From an uncultured Nitrospirota bacterium (GTDB lineage: Bacteria > Nitrospinota > Nitrospinia > CAJXCL01), in contig CAJXCL010000005.1 of the NCBI GenBank assembly GCA_913051775.1, positions 5,499 to 69,498 on the forward strand: 64,000 bases of DNA, in the 5' to 3' direction. Below, in pieces: positions 27,676-37,593 of the stretch. How positions within the stretch are numbered: the first letter of the stretch is position 1; every line of letters starts with the position of its first letter. A model generated the notes under the pieces. It had not been told where the DNA came from, searched no databases, and saw only the letters and a program-made list of their open reading frames with translations. The translations under genes and the position numbers were made by a program.

Positions 27676-28447
27676 TTCTTCAGGGATCATGCAGGTTCCT
27701 ATCGAAGACATTTTTCCGGGAAAAATGCAGCCCCGGAAAGACTTCGATGAAAAAAGCCTGAAAGATCTGGCTTCATCAATAAAAGAAAAGGGCATTTTAC
27801 AACCTCCAATTGTGCAGAGCAAAAATGACGGATATGAGCTGATAGCCGGGGAAAGGCGATGGAGAGCAGCGCAAATAGCCGGACTCAGTAAAATCCCTGT
27901 AATAATTAAAGATCTATCGGGTTCAGAAGCTCTGGAAGTAGCTTTAATAGAAAATATTCAGAGAAAAGATCTGAATCCCATAGAGGAGGCCTCGGTATAT
28001 AAAAGATTAATTGATGATTTTAATCTCACCCAGGAAACTCTTTCGAAAAGGGTTGGAAAAGACCGCTCATCTTTAGCCAACTACCTCCGTTTATTAAAGC
28101 TTCCTCGACTTATTAAGCAGGATTTAGTTAATGGTGCTCTTTCGATGGGACATGCAAGGGCTTTGCTGGCTCTATTCTTGCCCGGGAAACTCTTTGAGGT
28201 CAGAGATTCTGTGGTTAAAAAGGGGCTGTCTGTCCGTGCAACTGAAGCTTTAATAAAAAGAATGAATAATCCCCAAAAGAAACCTGACAAAAAATCAAAA
28301 AATGTTTTTATCGTGGATTTAGAAAATAAACTTCAGAAATCTTTTGGAACTCGTGTTAAAATAAAAACATCTAATAAAGGCGGAAAAATTGAAATTTCTT
28401 TTTTTTCCAATAATGACCTTAATAGAATTATAAAAATAATAAGCTAA
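27611..28447 (+). CDS. parB: Chromosome partitioning protein ParB/Spo0J
   Basis: ALGRGLEALIP, LIAGERRWRAAQIAG, HTH. Overlaps the parA 3' end by 65 nt. Confidence 0.9.
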   Translation: MQRKALGRGLEALIPKTKNLTDSSGIMQVPIEDIFPGKMQPRKDFDEKSLKDLASSIKEKGILQPPIVQSKNDGYELIAGERRWRAAQIAGLSKIPVIIKDLSGSEALEVALIENIQRKDLNPIEEASVYKRLIDDFNLTQETLSKRVGKDRSSLANYLRLLKLPRLIKQDLVNGALSMGHARALLALFLPGKLFEVRDSVVKKGLSVRATEALIKRMNNPQKKPDKKSKNVFIVDLENKLQKSFGTRVKIKTSNKGGKIEISFFSNNDLNRIIKIIS

Positions 28448-28472
28448 ATAACCCTGCTTGGGAGAGTAGATT

Positions 28473-28901
28473 ATGGGGAAAAGTGAGTTTGAAGGAAAAG
28501 AAGTAAAGGCTTTTTTAGGAGAAGGCACAAAATTTAAGGGAGTATTAAAATTTGACGGCACTGTCAGGTTAGATGGATTTCTCGAAGGTGAAATTATTAC
28601 GAATGATACTTTGATCATCGGTGAGAAGGCGCACATTCTCGCAGAATTATCCACCGGCACTATAATAATCCTGGGAAAAATTGAAGGGAATATCTCTGCG
28701 TCAAAAAAAATAGAAATCAGAGCAAAAAGTCAACTTATTGGAAATATAAAAACCCCTGTTCTTTTTATTGAGGAAGGCGCGTCTTTCGAAGGCCAGTGCG
28801 AGATGTTGGGCAAAGAAAATAAAAAAGTTATGAGTATTGCAAGTAAAGAACTTCCTGAACCTGAAGAAGATAACTTTCCCGAAGAAACTGTTACTGCCTG
28901 A
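28473..28901 (+). CDS. Bactofilin (CcmA/DUF583) cytoskeletal protein
   Basis: Beta-helical repeat pattern FKGVLKFDGTVRLDGFLEGEIITNDTLIIGEKAHILAEL...IEGNISAS. Confidence 0.8.
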   Translation: MGKSEFEGKEVKAFLGEGTKFKGVLKFDGTVRLDGFLEGEIITNDTLIIGEKAHILAELSTGTIIILGKIEGNISASKKIEIRAKSQLIGNIKTPVLFIEEGASFEGQCEMLGKENKKVMSIASKELPEPEEDNFPEETVTA

Positions 28902-29046
28902 CATTATCTTAAAGGTTTCAGATTATTACACAAGACAAATGCATATTCTGAATAATTTTTTTTAATATCTATTTTCCTTGCAAAATATAAGTCTTGATGC
29001 ATTTATAGCAAATAGACTAATCTCGCCTGCGTTCCAATCTATTCCC

Positions 29047-29784
29047 ATGGTTTCGTTTTTTTGGAATTTAACAAAAAGCTTGTTCAGCGTTTTTTTAAAT
29101 GTCCTTCCTATTCTTATCGTTGTTACTTTCTTTCAACTATTTGTAATCAAACAGCCCTTCCCTAACTTGACCGCGACTATTTCGGGATTGTTTTTTCTAC
29201 TAGCAGGGCTATTTCTTTTTATCCAGGGTTTGGAAATTGGCTTGTTTCCTCTCGGTGAAAAAATGGCTTTCCAATTTTCTGCTAAAGGAAATCTATGGGG
29301 GATTCTTATTTTTGGGTTTGCCATTGGATTTTCTACTACCATAGCTGAACCGGCATTAATCGCTATTGCAGCGAAAGCCGGAGAAATAGCAGCTCACGGA
29401 AGCGCCATTCCTAATTCTAAAGAATCAATTGAAAGTTTTACATTTGGGCTCCGAATAACTGTGGCTTTATCAGTGGGAATAGCTATTTCCGTTGGAGTTC
29501 TCCGTATAATCAAGGGCTGGCCGATTCACTGGTTTATTATTATCGGATATTTTTTCATTACCGTGATTACCGCTTACGCGCCAAAAGAAATTATTGGAAT
29601 AGCTTATGACTCAGGCGGCATCACAACATCAACTATCACCGTGCCTTTAGTAGCAACCTTGGGCGTTGGATTGGCTGCCAGCATAAGAGGAAGAAGTCCG
29701 ATAGCCGATGGGTTTGGACTGATTGCCCTTGCAAGCTTAACGCCCATACTTTTTGTAATGGTATACGGGATGATTATTTATTAG
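29047..29784 (+). CDS. DUF1538-family membrane protein (paralog 1)
   Basis: Aligns along its length with the paralog at 30070 (GLEIGLFPLGE, GFSTTIAEPALIAIA, AYDSGGITTSTITVPLV, GLIALASL). The listed TTG start at 28978 is probably too far upstream. Confidence 0.75.
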   Translation: MVSFFWNLTKSLFSVFLNVLPILIVVTFFQLFVIKQPFPNLTATISGLFFLLAGLFLFIQGLEIGLFPLGEKMAFQFSAKGNLWGILIFGFAIGFSTTIAEPALIAIAAKAGEIAAHGSAIPNSKESIESFTFGLRITVALSVGIAISVGVLRIIKGWPIHWFIIIGYFFITVITAYAPKEIIGIAYDSGGITTSTITVPLVATLGVGLAASIRGRSPIADGFGLIALASLTPILFVMVYGMIIY

Positions 29785-29796
29785 CCACATCATAAT

Positions 29797-29865
29797 GCAG
29801 CGTAGACGCAACCACAATTCGGTAAGGAAAGCCACCCGAAGGGTTGAGGCCATGGATGGCAGAGC
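29797..29865 (-). repeat. Dispersed structured repeat family 1, short copy D
   Basis: The reverse complement GCCATCCATGGCCTCAACCCTTCGGGTGGCTTTCCTTACCGAATTGTGGTTGCG is a short version lacking one hairpin arm. It lies between the two DUF1538 paralogs. Confidence 0.65.
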
Positions 29866-30069
29866 TAAGCTCAGCTTTACCGATAATCAAAAATGATTTG
29901 CTGAGCTAAACTTTGTCACTAAGACACAAAGAGAATGATGACAAAGGCGTTGATGAAATACTGTTTTTTCTTGATCCTTGATTCAGAAGTTAGCGGTTAA
30001 TAAACTAATAGATAGTTAAAAATTTTTTCTGAGAAACAACGATTTTACATAGTAATAATATATAAAAAA

Positions 30070-30873
30070 ATGGACCTAATTTATCATTCATCAAATGTAG
30101 TACTTAGTACAATAAAGGATATTTTACCGATTTTCGGTGTTGTTATTTTTTTTCAATTGCTGGTTATAAAGAAAAAAATTGAAAACCTGGGCAGGTTAAT
30201 ATATGGGTTTGTGCTGGTGATCATTGGTTTAGCTGTTTTTTTAGTCGGACTGGAAGAAGGGTTATTTCCTCTTGGAGAATCTATGTCTAAACAATTAACA
30301 AACTTTCATTTTTTAGCAAAAGGAAATGCGCTACTTATAGAACATATTGAAAAAAAAGGAATTATATATCCTTCTTTGTATTATTGGACATATATCTTTG
30401 CTTTTTTTATAGGCTTTTCTACCACGATAGCGGAGCCCGCCCTAATCGCAGTAGCGTTAAAAGCGAAAGAAGTCTCGACTGGAGCTATCTCATCCTGGGG
30501 GCTGCGCATTACTGTGGCTTTCGGGGTAGCAATCGGAATTTCTCTCGGCTGTTACAGAATAATTATTGGAGCTCCTCTTCACTGGTATATTGTTTTTGGA
30601 TATATTTTAGTCATTTGCCAGACATTCTATGCCCCAAAGATGATTATTCCTTTAGCTTATGATTCAGGAGGGGTCACTACGTCCACTGTTACTGTTCCAT
30701 TAGTTACCGCATTAGGAATAGGACTGGCATCCAATATACCGGGACGATCTGTTCTTATAGATGCTTTTGGTCTTATAGCATTTGCCTCTTTATTCCCTAT
30801 TATTACGGTACTTTTCTTTGGAACAGTGGCGGAATGGCTGGCAAAAAGGAGGAAAAGAGAAAAGGCATTATGA
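30070..30873 (+). CDS. DUF1538-family membrane protein (paralog 2)
   Basis: Same conserved blocks as paralog 1. Confidence 0.75.
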   Translation: MDLIYHSSNVVLSTIKDILPIFGVVIFFQLLVIKKKIENLGRLIYGFVLVIIGLAVFLVGLEEGLFPLGESMSKQLTNFHFLAKGNALLIEHIEKKGIIYPSLYYWTYIFAFFIGFSTTIAEPALIAVALKAKEVSTGAISSWGLRITVAFGVAIGISLGCYRIIIGAPLHWYIVFGYILVICQTFYAPKMIIPLAYDSGGVTTSTVTVPLVTALGIGLASNIPGRSVLIDAFGLIAFASLFPIITVLFFGTVAEWLAKRRKREKAL

Positions 30874-31172
30874 TTTAGTGAAGTTTTTATATCATTGTAA
30901 TTTATGCATGACGACATAAATAATTGCGAATATTTAAAAGGCTCTGAATGCTGTCATTTCCTCCAAAGGGAGAAAATCTTGTTTCGACGACAGGAGATAT
31001 CTTTAAGATTTCTCGCTTTGCTCTAAATGACATGGCAGTGATATTTTTTTTAATGCTTCGCTACATACGCAAATATATTTGACGTTGTACATATGTGGGC
31101 AAACATAAAAAAAGTCCATAATTTATTTTATGTTTGGTGTAAAATATTAATGTTTATTTTGGGAGGGGTTTT

Positions 31173-31520
31173 ATGCGATTTAAAGTAATAATAGCAATGG
31201 TAGAGGAAGACCACCAGGAAGATGTTATTGCAGCGGCAAAATCTGCTGGTGCTACCGGAGTTACAATCCTTAATGCCAGGGGAGAAGGCTTACATAAACA
31301 CAAATCTTTTTTTGGGTTACAGATGGAGCAACAGCGGGATGCTCTCCTGTTTATAGTAGAGGATTTTCACGCCAACGAGATCCTGGACGCCATTTATAAA
31401 GCAGGTGATTTTCATGAAAAAGGGCATGGCATAGCATTTTCATGGTCGGTCGATCGGGTTGTCGGCACAGAAAGCCAGATGAGGGTTCTAGAAGGAAAAG
31501 CTGAAAAAAAGTATATTTAA
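31173..31520 (+). CDS. P-II (GlnB)-like signal transduction protein
   Basis: 115 aa with beta-alpha-beta ferredoxin-like PII pattern (MRFKVIIAMVEEDHQEDVIAAAKSAGATGVTILNARGEG...). Confidence 0.7.
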   Translation: MRFKVIIAMVEEDHQEDVIAAAKSAGATGVTILNARGEGLHKHKSFFGLQMEQQRDALLFIVEDFHANEILDAIYKAGDFHEKGHGIAFSWSVDRVVGTESQMRVLEGKAEKKYI

Positions 31521-31559
31521 TTTAGCGGAGCGGAGCCGCAACTAAAAAATCCACCCGCC

Positions 31560-31616
31560 CTTTTTAATCATTCCTTCTTAGGAGTGATTAAAAAGGGTGG
31601 ATAAAGAACTTTAAAG
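31560..31616 (+). promoter_or_regulatory. Long imperfect inverted repeat between the PII-like and CBS genes
   Basis: TCCACCCGCCCTTTTTAATCATTCC-ttcttag-GGAGTGATTAAAAAGGGTGGA: ~21-bp arms. Intra-operon stem-loop, possibly an attenuator or protein-binding site. Confidence 0.3.
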
Positions 31617-31665
31617 AAGAAAGATTTTGCAAAGCGAGTATTTATTTTAGGAGGGGAAAAAAATT

Positions 31666-32052
31666 ATGCAACAAGTAAAAGATGTTATGCTGAGAGATAC
31701 CATTACGGTTCAAGGGCTTACTAAGGTATCAGAAATATTAGAAATTTTTAAAAAGCAAACCGAGCTTCAGACTGTTCTGGTAAAACCACGAAATGATGAA
31801 GATGTCTATGGCCTAGTAACATTAAGAGACATCGCACGAAAGGTTATCGCATTAGGCAAAAAATCGAATGAAGTCCATGCCTATGAAATTATGTCTAAAC
31901 CTGTCTTAACTGTTAACGCAAACATGTCTGTAATGTACGCCGCCCGTTTTCTCACAAACTTTGATATTTCCCGAGCAATAGTTATGGAAAATGATAAATT
32001 AGTCGGCATCATTTCCTTAAACCACATCGTTTTAAAATGCAAACTGGATTAA
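31666..32052 (+). CDS. CBS-domain pair protein
   Basis: Two CBS motifs (VMLRDTITV...; IMSKPVLTVNANMSV...LVGIISLNHIV). Confidence 0.75.
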   Translation: MQQVKDVMLRDTITVQGLTKVSEILEIFKKQTELQTVLVKPRNDEDVYGLVTLRDIARKVIALGKKSNEVHAYEIMSKPVLTVNANMSVMYAARFLTNFDISRAIVMENDKLVGIISLNHIVLKCKLD

Positions 32053-32165
32053 ACTCTTAAAAAGATTGGGTCGTTTACATAACTCTCTAAAAAACGCTTT
32101 ACTAGCTATCTTGACAAAGATACTATAAAAGTGATACAAAAAATCTTTTATAAGAAGGAATCTAA

Positions 32166-34244
32166 GTGAAACAATATGATATTGATCAATTAAGAAATGT
32201 CGGGTTAGTGGCTCACGGGGACGCAGGCAAAACCTCTCTGGCAGAAGCAATGCTCTATACATCCGGAGCCTCAGACAGGCTGGGAAAAGTGGGAGATGTG
32301 TCCTGCGTAATGGACTTTGACCCCGATGAAGTCAAGCGCGGCATTACTATTAATGCATCTCTTGCCTTTTGTGAGTGGGATAGTTATAAAATTAATATAG
32401 TCGATACACCGGGTTATGTAAATTTTATAGCAGAAACCCAGGGTTCTATGCGCGTTTTAGATACCGCTATCGTAGTAATTTCTGCTAATGAAGGAGTTCA
32501 AATCATTACTGAAAAAGTATGGAAATGGGCAGACGAAGAAACCCTTCCCCGTGCTATTTTTATAAATAAAATGGATCATGAGCGGGCCAACTTTGCAAAA
32601 GTAGTTGATGATGTTGAGAAAATTTTAAAAAAGAAACCTGTCAAATTCCAGATTCCTCTCGATACCGGCACAAATCTTAAAGGCGTAGTTGATTTAATAA
32701 AGATGAAAAGCTACTCATTTGCTAGTGACCAAAGCGGAAAAGTAACAGAAGGAGAAATTCCTTCAGATTTAAAGGATGAGGTGGACCAACATCGTGAAGA
32801 ACTTATAGAAGCTGCTGCTGAAGCAATTGACGAGTTGACGGAAAAATATCTGGAGGAAGGCAGCCTGACAGATGATGAGATAAAAAAGGGATTGAAAGCA
32901 GGTATAAATAATGCTTCTGTTATTCCGGTGCTGTGTGGATCAGCGCTTAATAATCAAGGTGTTTCTTTATTAATGGATACTATTGTTGAGTACTTCCCTT
33001 CGCCGGATACCAGGCCGCCAATCAAAGGGAAAGATAATTCACAAAAAGAGGTCGACCGGAAAAATTCTCCCGATGAACCTTTGTCCGCTCTGGTTTTCAA
33101 GACTATTGCTGATCCTTATGCAGGTCAATTGACTCTATTTAGAACTTATTCCGGAGTCTTAAAATCAGACAGTGTTGCTCTGAACAGCACAACAAAATCA
33201 AAAGAGAAATTGGGCAGTCTTTTTTGCATTCAGGGGAAAAAACAAACTTCGGTACCAGGTATTTCAGCCGGTGATTTTGGTGTCGTAGCGAAACTTAAAA
33301 AGACTATGACAGGAGATACTCTTTCAGATGATAAAAAAGTAATCATTTTTGAGCCTATCAAGTTCCCCCGTCCTGTTCTTTCTCTTTCGGTTGTCCCAAA
33401 AAAAAAGCAGGATGAAGAAAAACTGAGTTCTTCTTTGCAACGGCTTGCAGTTGAGGATCCTACTCTTCAAGTAAGCCGTGATCCCCAGACAAATGAATTA
33501 ATTATTTCCGGAATGGGACAACTCCATTTAGAGATTATTGTAACCAGGCTTCAAAGAAAATTTGGGGTTGAGGTAGAAGTCAAAACCCCTAAGGTTCCGT
33601 ACAAGGAAACAATTCGTGGAAAAACAAAAGTTCAGGGGAAGTACAAAAAACAATCGGGCGGCCGTGGACAATTTGGCGATACCTGGCTTGAACTGGCGCC
33701 ACTACCTCATGGTGATGGGTTTAAATTTATTAATAAAATCGTTGGAGGAGCTATTCCAAGGCAGTACATCCCCGCAGTTGAAAAAGGTATAATTGAAGCT
33801 ATGAATGGTGGCGTTTTAGCAGGCTATCCCATAGTTGATTTTCAGGCTACTCTTTACGACGGATCATTCCATGAAGTTGATTCATCTGAAATGGCTTTTA
33901 AAATCGCAGCTTCTATGGGATTCAAGAAGGGGGTTGCAGAATGTAAGCCGGTACTGTTGGAACCAATCGTGAGTATGGAAATAACTGTGCCGGGCGATAT
34001 GATGGGAGAGGTAATAGGCGACGTAAACTCCAGAAGAGGCAAAGTGCTGGGAGTGGACCCGGCTGGGAGCAATCAGGTAATCAAGGCAAACGTACCTACG
34101 GCAGAGGTCTTAAAATATGCTCCAGACCTGAGGGCTTTAACCGGAGGCAGAGGAAGTTTTTCGATGGAGTTCTCTCATTATGAAGAAGTGCCGAAGCATT
34201 TAACGGACAAAGTAATCGAACAATCCAAGAAAGAAAAAGAATAA
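32166..34244 (+). CDS. Elongation factor G family GTPase (EF-G paralog with deviant G1 motif AHGDAGKTS)
   Basis: G domain motifs (DTPGYVNF, NKMD), domains II-V conserved. GTG start. G1 reads AHGDAGKT rather than canonical AHIDAGKT. Confidence 0.85.
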   Translation: MKQYDIDQLRNVGLVAHGDAGKTSLAEAMLYTSGASDRLGKVGDVSCVMDFDPDEVKRGITINASLAFCEWDSYKINIVDTPGYVNFIAETQGSMRVLDTAIVVISANEGVQIITEKVWKWADEETLPRAIFINKMDHERANFAKVVDDVEKILKKKPVKFQIPLDTGTNLKGVVDLIKMKSYSFASDQSGKVTEGEIPSDLKDEVDQHREELIEAAAEAIDELTEKYLEEGSLTDDEIKKGLKAGINNASVIPVLCGSALNNQGVSLLMDTIVEYFPSPDTRPPIKGKDNSQKEVDRKNSPDEPLSALVFKTIADPYAGQLTLFRTYSGVLKSDSVALNSTTKSKEKLGSLFCIQGKKQTSVPGISAGDFGVVAKLKKTMTGDTLSDDKKVIIFEPIKFPRPVLSLSVVPKKKQDEEKLSSSLQRLAVEDPTLQVSRDPQTNELIISGMGQLHLEIIVTRLQRKFGVEVEVKTPKVPYKETIRGKTKVQGKYKKQSGGRGQFGDTWLELAPLPHGDGFKFINKIVGGAIPRQYIPAVEKGIIEAMNGGVLAGYPIVDFQATLYDGSFHEVDSSEMAFKIAASMGFKKGVAECKPVLLEPIVSMEITVPGDMMGEVIGDVNSRRGKVLGVDPAGSNQVIKANVPTAEVLKYAPDLRALTGGRGSFSMEFSHYEEVPKHLTDKVIEQSKKEKE

Positions 34245-34290
34245 TCAGTTGTTCCAATGACTATTGACTGGGACTACCTACTAATGATAT

Positions 34291-34772
34291 ATGATTGAAA
34301 TAAATTTATTGAAACAAGGGCATGGTATACTTTACAGACAAAAATATATTAGAACAAACGTTGCACATCGACGTACAAAGATTTTCTTGCTTTTGATTCT
34401 CTTGCTGTCATCCCTTGCCGTGTATTTTACGCCGGCAAAAATATCAAATATTAACAAATTTATAGCAGCCAAACTCAAAAAAGTGTTGATAGCGTACTAG
34501 GTGCAATTACTGCTCCTAATGCAGCCTGAGAAATACAAGTATCAGAAAATAAAGAAACTGAGCTTATTAGCCAATCATTTTTTTTCATGAAAAAGCTGAA
34601 CAAATAAAAAAACGGATTCTGAAAAAAGGTTTAAAAGGAAAGATAATTAAAAAAAATCACCAACTATATTTCATGAGGTTCGAGCTGGTAAATTTAAAGA
34701 TAGGGAGCATGCGATACATCTGCTAAACCAACTTCAAAAAGCAGGTATGGAGGGAACTATCGTAAGAAGATA
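34291..34772 (+). pseudogene. SPOR-domain membrane protein with frameshift in an A8 run
   Basis: ORF 34291..34500 gives an N-terminal TM segment. Downstream KAEQIKKRILKKGLKGKIIKK (one frame) joins IFHEVRAGKFKDREHAIHLLNQLQKAGMEGTIVRR* (another frame), together a SPOR fold. The break is at AAAAAAAA (approx. 34655-34662). Confidence 0.45.
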
Positions 34773-34856
34773 ATGAGCCTTTTATTTCTTGACATGAACA
34801 GCAGATTGTATGTAATAATTGCGCTACTGATTAGAATGACATTTTAATATTTCCAA

Positions 34857-35876
34857 ATGCAAACTTGCCAACCAACAATAAAATCAACTATAGCTTCAAT
34901 GACTTTTGATGAAATTTATGACCTTGTTCGCGAGGACATGAAAAAAGTGGAAGAGGGTCTCTATAGGAATTTTCAATCGGATGTTCCATTGATTCCTACA
35001 ATTACCAGTTACTTAAACGATGCAGGCGGCAAAAGACTCCGCCCCATGTTTCTTGTTTTAAGTTCTAAAATAAGCGGTTATTCCGATGGTAACCGTCATA
35101 TTCTAAACTCCTGTATAGTTGAATTAATTCATGCCGCTACTCTATTGCATGATGATGTTGTGGATGAAGCGTTTATACGTCGTGGAAATCCCTCTGCAAA
35201 CAGAAAATGGGGAAACGAAGCCTCTGTTCTTGTCGGTGATTTTCTTTTCTCAAAATCCTTTTTACTCTTAGCGTCAGAGGATGATTCAAAAATTAACAAA
35301 TCAGTATCCGCGGCTTCCAAGGAGGTGGCAGAGGGAGAAGTGTTAGGACTGGCTACCAAAGGTAATTTCGATATATCAGAAGATGAATACATGGATATTA
35401 TTTATAAAAAAACAGCGTCTCTTATTTCAGTAAGCTGCAGGATTGGCGCTATTATAGGGAATGCTTCACAGGAAAAAGAAAAAGCTCTTGCCGATTTTGG
35501 TTTAAAAGCTGGAATTGCCTTTCAATTAGTAGACGATATCCTGGACTATACCGGCAATCCAGAAAAATTCGGGAAAACCATAGGATTAGATTTCCAAAAA
35601 AAAAAAATGACCCTGCCTCTTATAAATCTTTTCCAAAAGGCTCCAGCAAAAGAAAAAAAGAAAATACAAGAGCTGGTTCGATCCAATGATAACTTGTCCT
35701 GCAGATTGAAAACTTTAGTGGGTATGATGAAACACTATGATTCCATTAACTATGCTTTAGATAAAGCTAGAAATTATGTAACAGAAGCTAAAAAAGAAAT
35801 TGTGGCTTTTGATGAATCTCCTTCCTTGACCGCCATTTTATCTCTGGCGGACTATGTTGTAAGCCGGGATATCTGA
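34857..35876 (+). CDS. ispB: Polyprenyl diphosphate synthase
   Basis: LLHDDVVDEAFIRRG (FARM) and DDILD (SARM) motifs. Confidence 0.85.
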   Translation: MQTCQPTIKSTIASMTFDEIYDLVREDMKKVEEGLYRNFQSDVPLIPTITSYLNDAGGKRLRPMFLVLSSKISGYSDGNRHILNSCIVELIHAATLLHDDVVDEAFIRRGNPSANRKWGNEASVLVGDFLFSKSFLLLASEDDSKINKSVSAASKEVAEGEVLGLATKGNFDISEDEYMDIIYKKTASLISVSCRIGAIIGNASQEKEKALADFGLKAGIAFQLVDDILDYTGNPEKFGKTIGLDFQKKKMTLPLINLFQKAPAKEKKKIQELVRSNDNLSCRLKTLVGMMKHYDSINYALDKARNYVTEAKKEIVAFDESPSLTAILSLADYVVSRDI

Positions 35877-35947
35877 AATTAAGATATTTGTTTGTCAATG
35901 GTCATTTGTTAACAGTAAATACAATATTCATTGAAAACCAATGACAA

Positions 35948-36466
35948 ATGTCTAATAATCCATTTATAAGATTAGCAAAGGAAACTATCCGGAGTTATCT
36001 GACTAATGGAGTTATACCTCAACCTCCCAAGGATTTAGCAGAAGAGTTTATGGAAAAAAGAGGGGTATTTGTTTCAATAAAAAAACATGGACAGCTAAGA
36101 GGCTGCATTGGAACGGTTGAACCGACAAAAAACAATGCAGCAGAAGAACTTATTCACAACGCAGTCAGTGCTTCCACACAGGATCCACGCTTTCCTTCTG
36201 TAACACTTGATGAGTTGGAAGATCTTACAATTTCTGTCGACCTGTTATCCCCTCTTGAAAAAGTAACCGATCCAAGTCAGTTGAATCCAAAAAAATATGG
36301 GATTTTAGTAAGCAGCAAATCTAAAAAAGGGGTATTGTTACCCGATCTTGAGGGAGTTGATACGATCGACGAACAACTCAGAATCTCTAAAAGCAAAGGA
36401 GGCATTGCTCACCGGGAGAAATTTGAAATACAACGGTTTGAGGTAAAACGTTTTTATGGCCAATAG
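35948..36466 (+). CDS. AMMECR1-domain protein
   Basis: GVFVSIKKHGQLRGCIGT motif. Confidence 0.8.
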   Translation: MSNNPFIRLAKETIRSYLTNGVIPQPPKDLAEEFMEKRGVFVSIKKHGQLRGCIGTVEPTKNNAAEELIHNAVSASTQDPRFPSVTLDELEDLTISVDLLSPLEKVTDPSQLNPKKYGILVSSKSKKGVLLPDLEGVDTIDEQLRISKSKGGIAHREKFEIQRFEVKRFYGQ

Positions 36467-36725
36467 TAAAATAATAAAAGAATTAAAAAAAGAAGTTAAA
36501 AAGATTGAAAAAATGATTCATGAGCTGAAAACTAAAATACAGAAAATAGAGAAGGAAGGATGTCTTTCAGATCAAGAATTAAATGAAAAAGATAAAAAAA
36601 TAGGCACAATTAACAACGAGATCATTTATCTCAATAAAGAAAAATTTTTTCTATCACAAAGTATAGTTAGCATAGAAGGAACAAAGTGGATAAAAAAAAG
36701 TAGCTTCAATAACAGACAAATATAA
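36456..36725 (+). CDS. Hypothetical coiled-coil protein
   Basis: Lys/Glu-rich heptad-like sequence. No homology recognised. Confidence 0.3.
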   Translation: MANSKIIKELKKEVKKIEKMIHELKTKIQKIEKEGCLSDQELNEKDKKIGTINNEIIYLNKEKFFLSQSIVSIEGTKWIKKSSFNNRQI

Positions 36726-36822
36726 AGAGTGGACCGTTTAAAGCAAAAAGACCTGTTTTCTTAATTCTTACTCCCTGTCTTATCGTTTTTCATTGAAAAA
36801 AATCCCCCATTGTTCCACGAGG

Positions 36823-37593
36823 TTAAAGACACAGGACGTTAACCATATCTCTGTGTATCCCTCTGTTACTGGCAAGGATATTATTTGAATATATAGAATA
36901 ACTTTCTCCTGCCATGTTGGTCACCCTTCCGCCTGCTTCCTGAATTAAAAGAACTCCGGCTGCAACATCCCATGGGTGGAGGTTGAATTCCCAGAATCCG
37001 TCAAACCGTCCTGCAGCAACATAGCATAAATCAATTGCCGCAGAACCGGGGCGACGAACAGCCCGGGCTTGTTTGAGAAAATTTTTAAAATTATTCACAT
37101 TATCCATATCCGTTTCATGGACGTCATAAGCAAAACCGGTAGCAAGCATACTTGTCTTTAACATATTGCATTTTGAAACTTGAATTTTTTTATCATTTAA
37201 AAAAGCTCCATTTCCCTTTTGTACGGCAAAAAGTTCATCCAAAACCGGAACATAAACTACTCCTATTTGTATAGTGCCTTTAATTTCAAGAGCAATAGAA
37301 GAACAATAAAAGGGGAAATCATGGGCAAAGTTAGTAGTACCGTCAATAGGATCAATAATCCATTTATAATCGGAATCTGTCGCGATCTCGCCTCTCTCCT
37401 CCGCAAGAATTGAATGATCAGGATAATTATTTTTTATAACTTCAATGATCTTTTTCTCGCACAGAAGATCGACTTCGGTAACGAGATTTATACGACCTTT
37501 ATAATCGATTTTTCCCGGATAGCCACGGCGTTTAAGCATAATCTGTCCAGCTTGTTTTGCCGCTATTACCGCTGTTTTTAAGAAATGATCCAT
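36823..37593 (-). CDS. suhB: Inositol monophosphatase family protein
   Basis: WIIDPIDGTTNFAHDFPFY, and metal-binding EERGE motifs. Confidence 0.85.
   Translation of the reverse strand: MDHFLKTAVIAAKQAGQIMLKRRGYPGKIDYKGRINLVTEVDLLCEKKIIEVIKNNYPDHSILAEERGEIATDSDYKWIIDPIDGTTNFAHDFPFYCSSIALEIKGTIQIGVVYVPVLDELFAVQKGNGAFLNDKKIQVSKCNMLKTSMLATGFAYDVHETDMDNVNNFKNFLKQARAVRRPGSAAIDLCYVAAGRFDGFWEFNLHPWDVAAGVLLIQEAGGRVTNMAGESYSIYSNNILASNRGIHRDMVNVLCL

Noticed and set aside
28978-29046. TTG start of DUF1538 paralog 1
   Set aside because: The paralog alignment begins at MVSFFWNL (29047). The upstream extension has no counterpart in paralog 2.
36456-36725. Coiled-coil ORF as a real gene versus artefact
   Set aside because: Not rejected outright, but low confidence. 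K/E-rich low-complexity sequence overlapping the AMMECR1 stop could be a spurious ORF in A-rich DNA.
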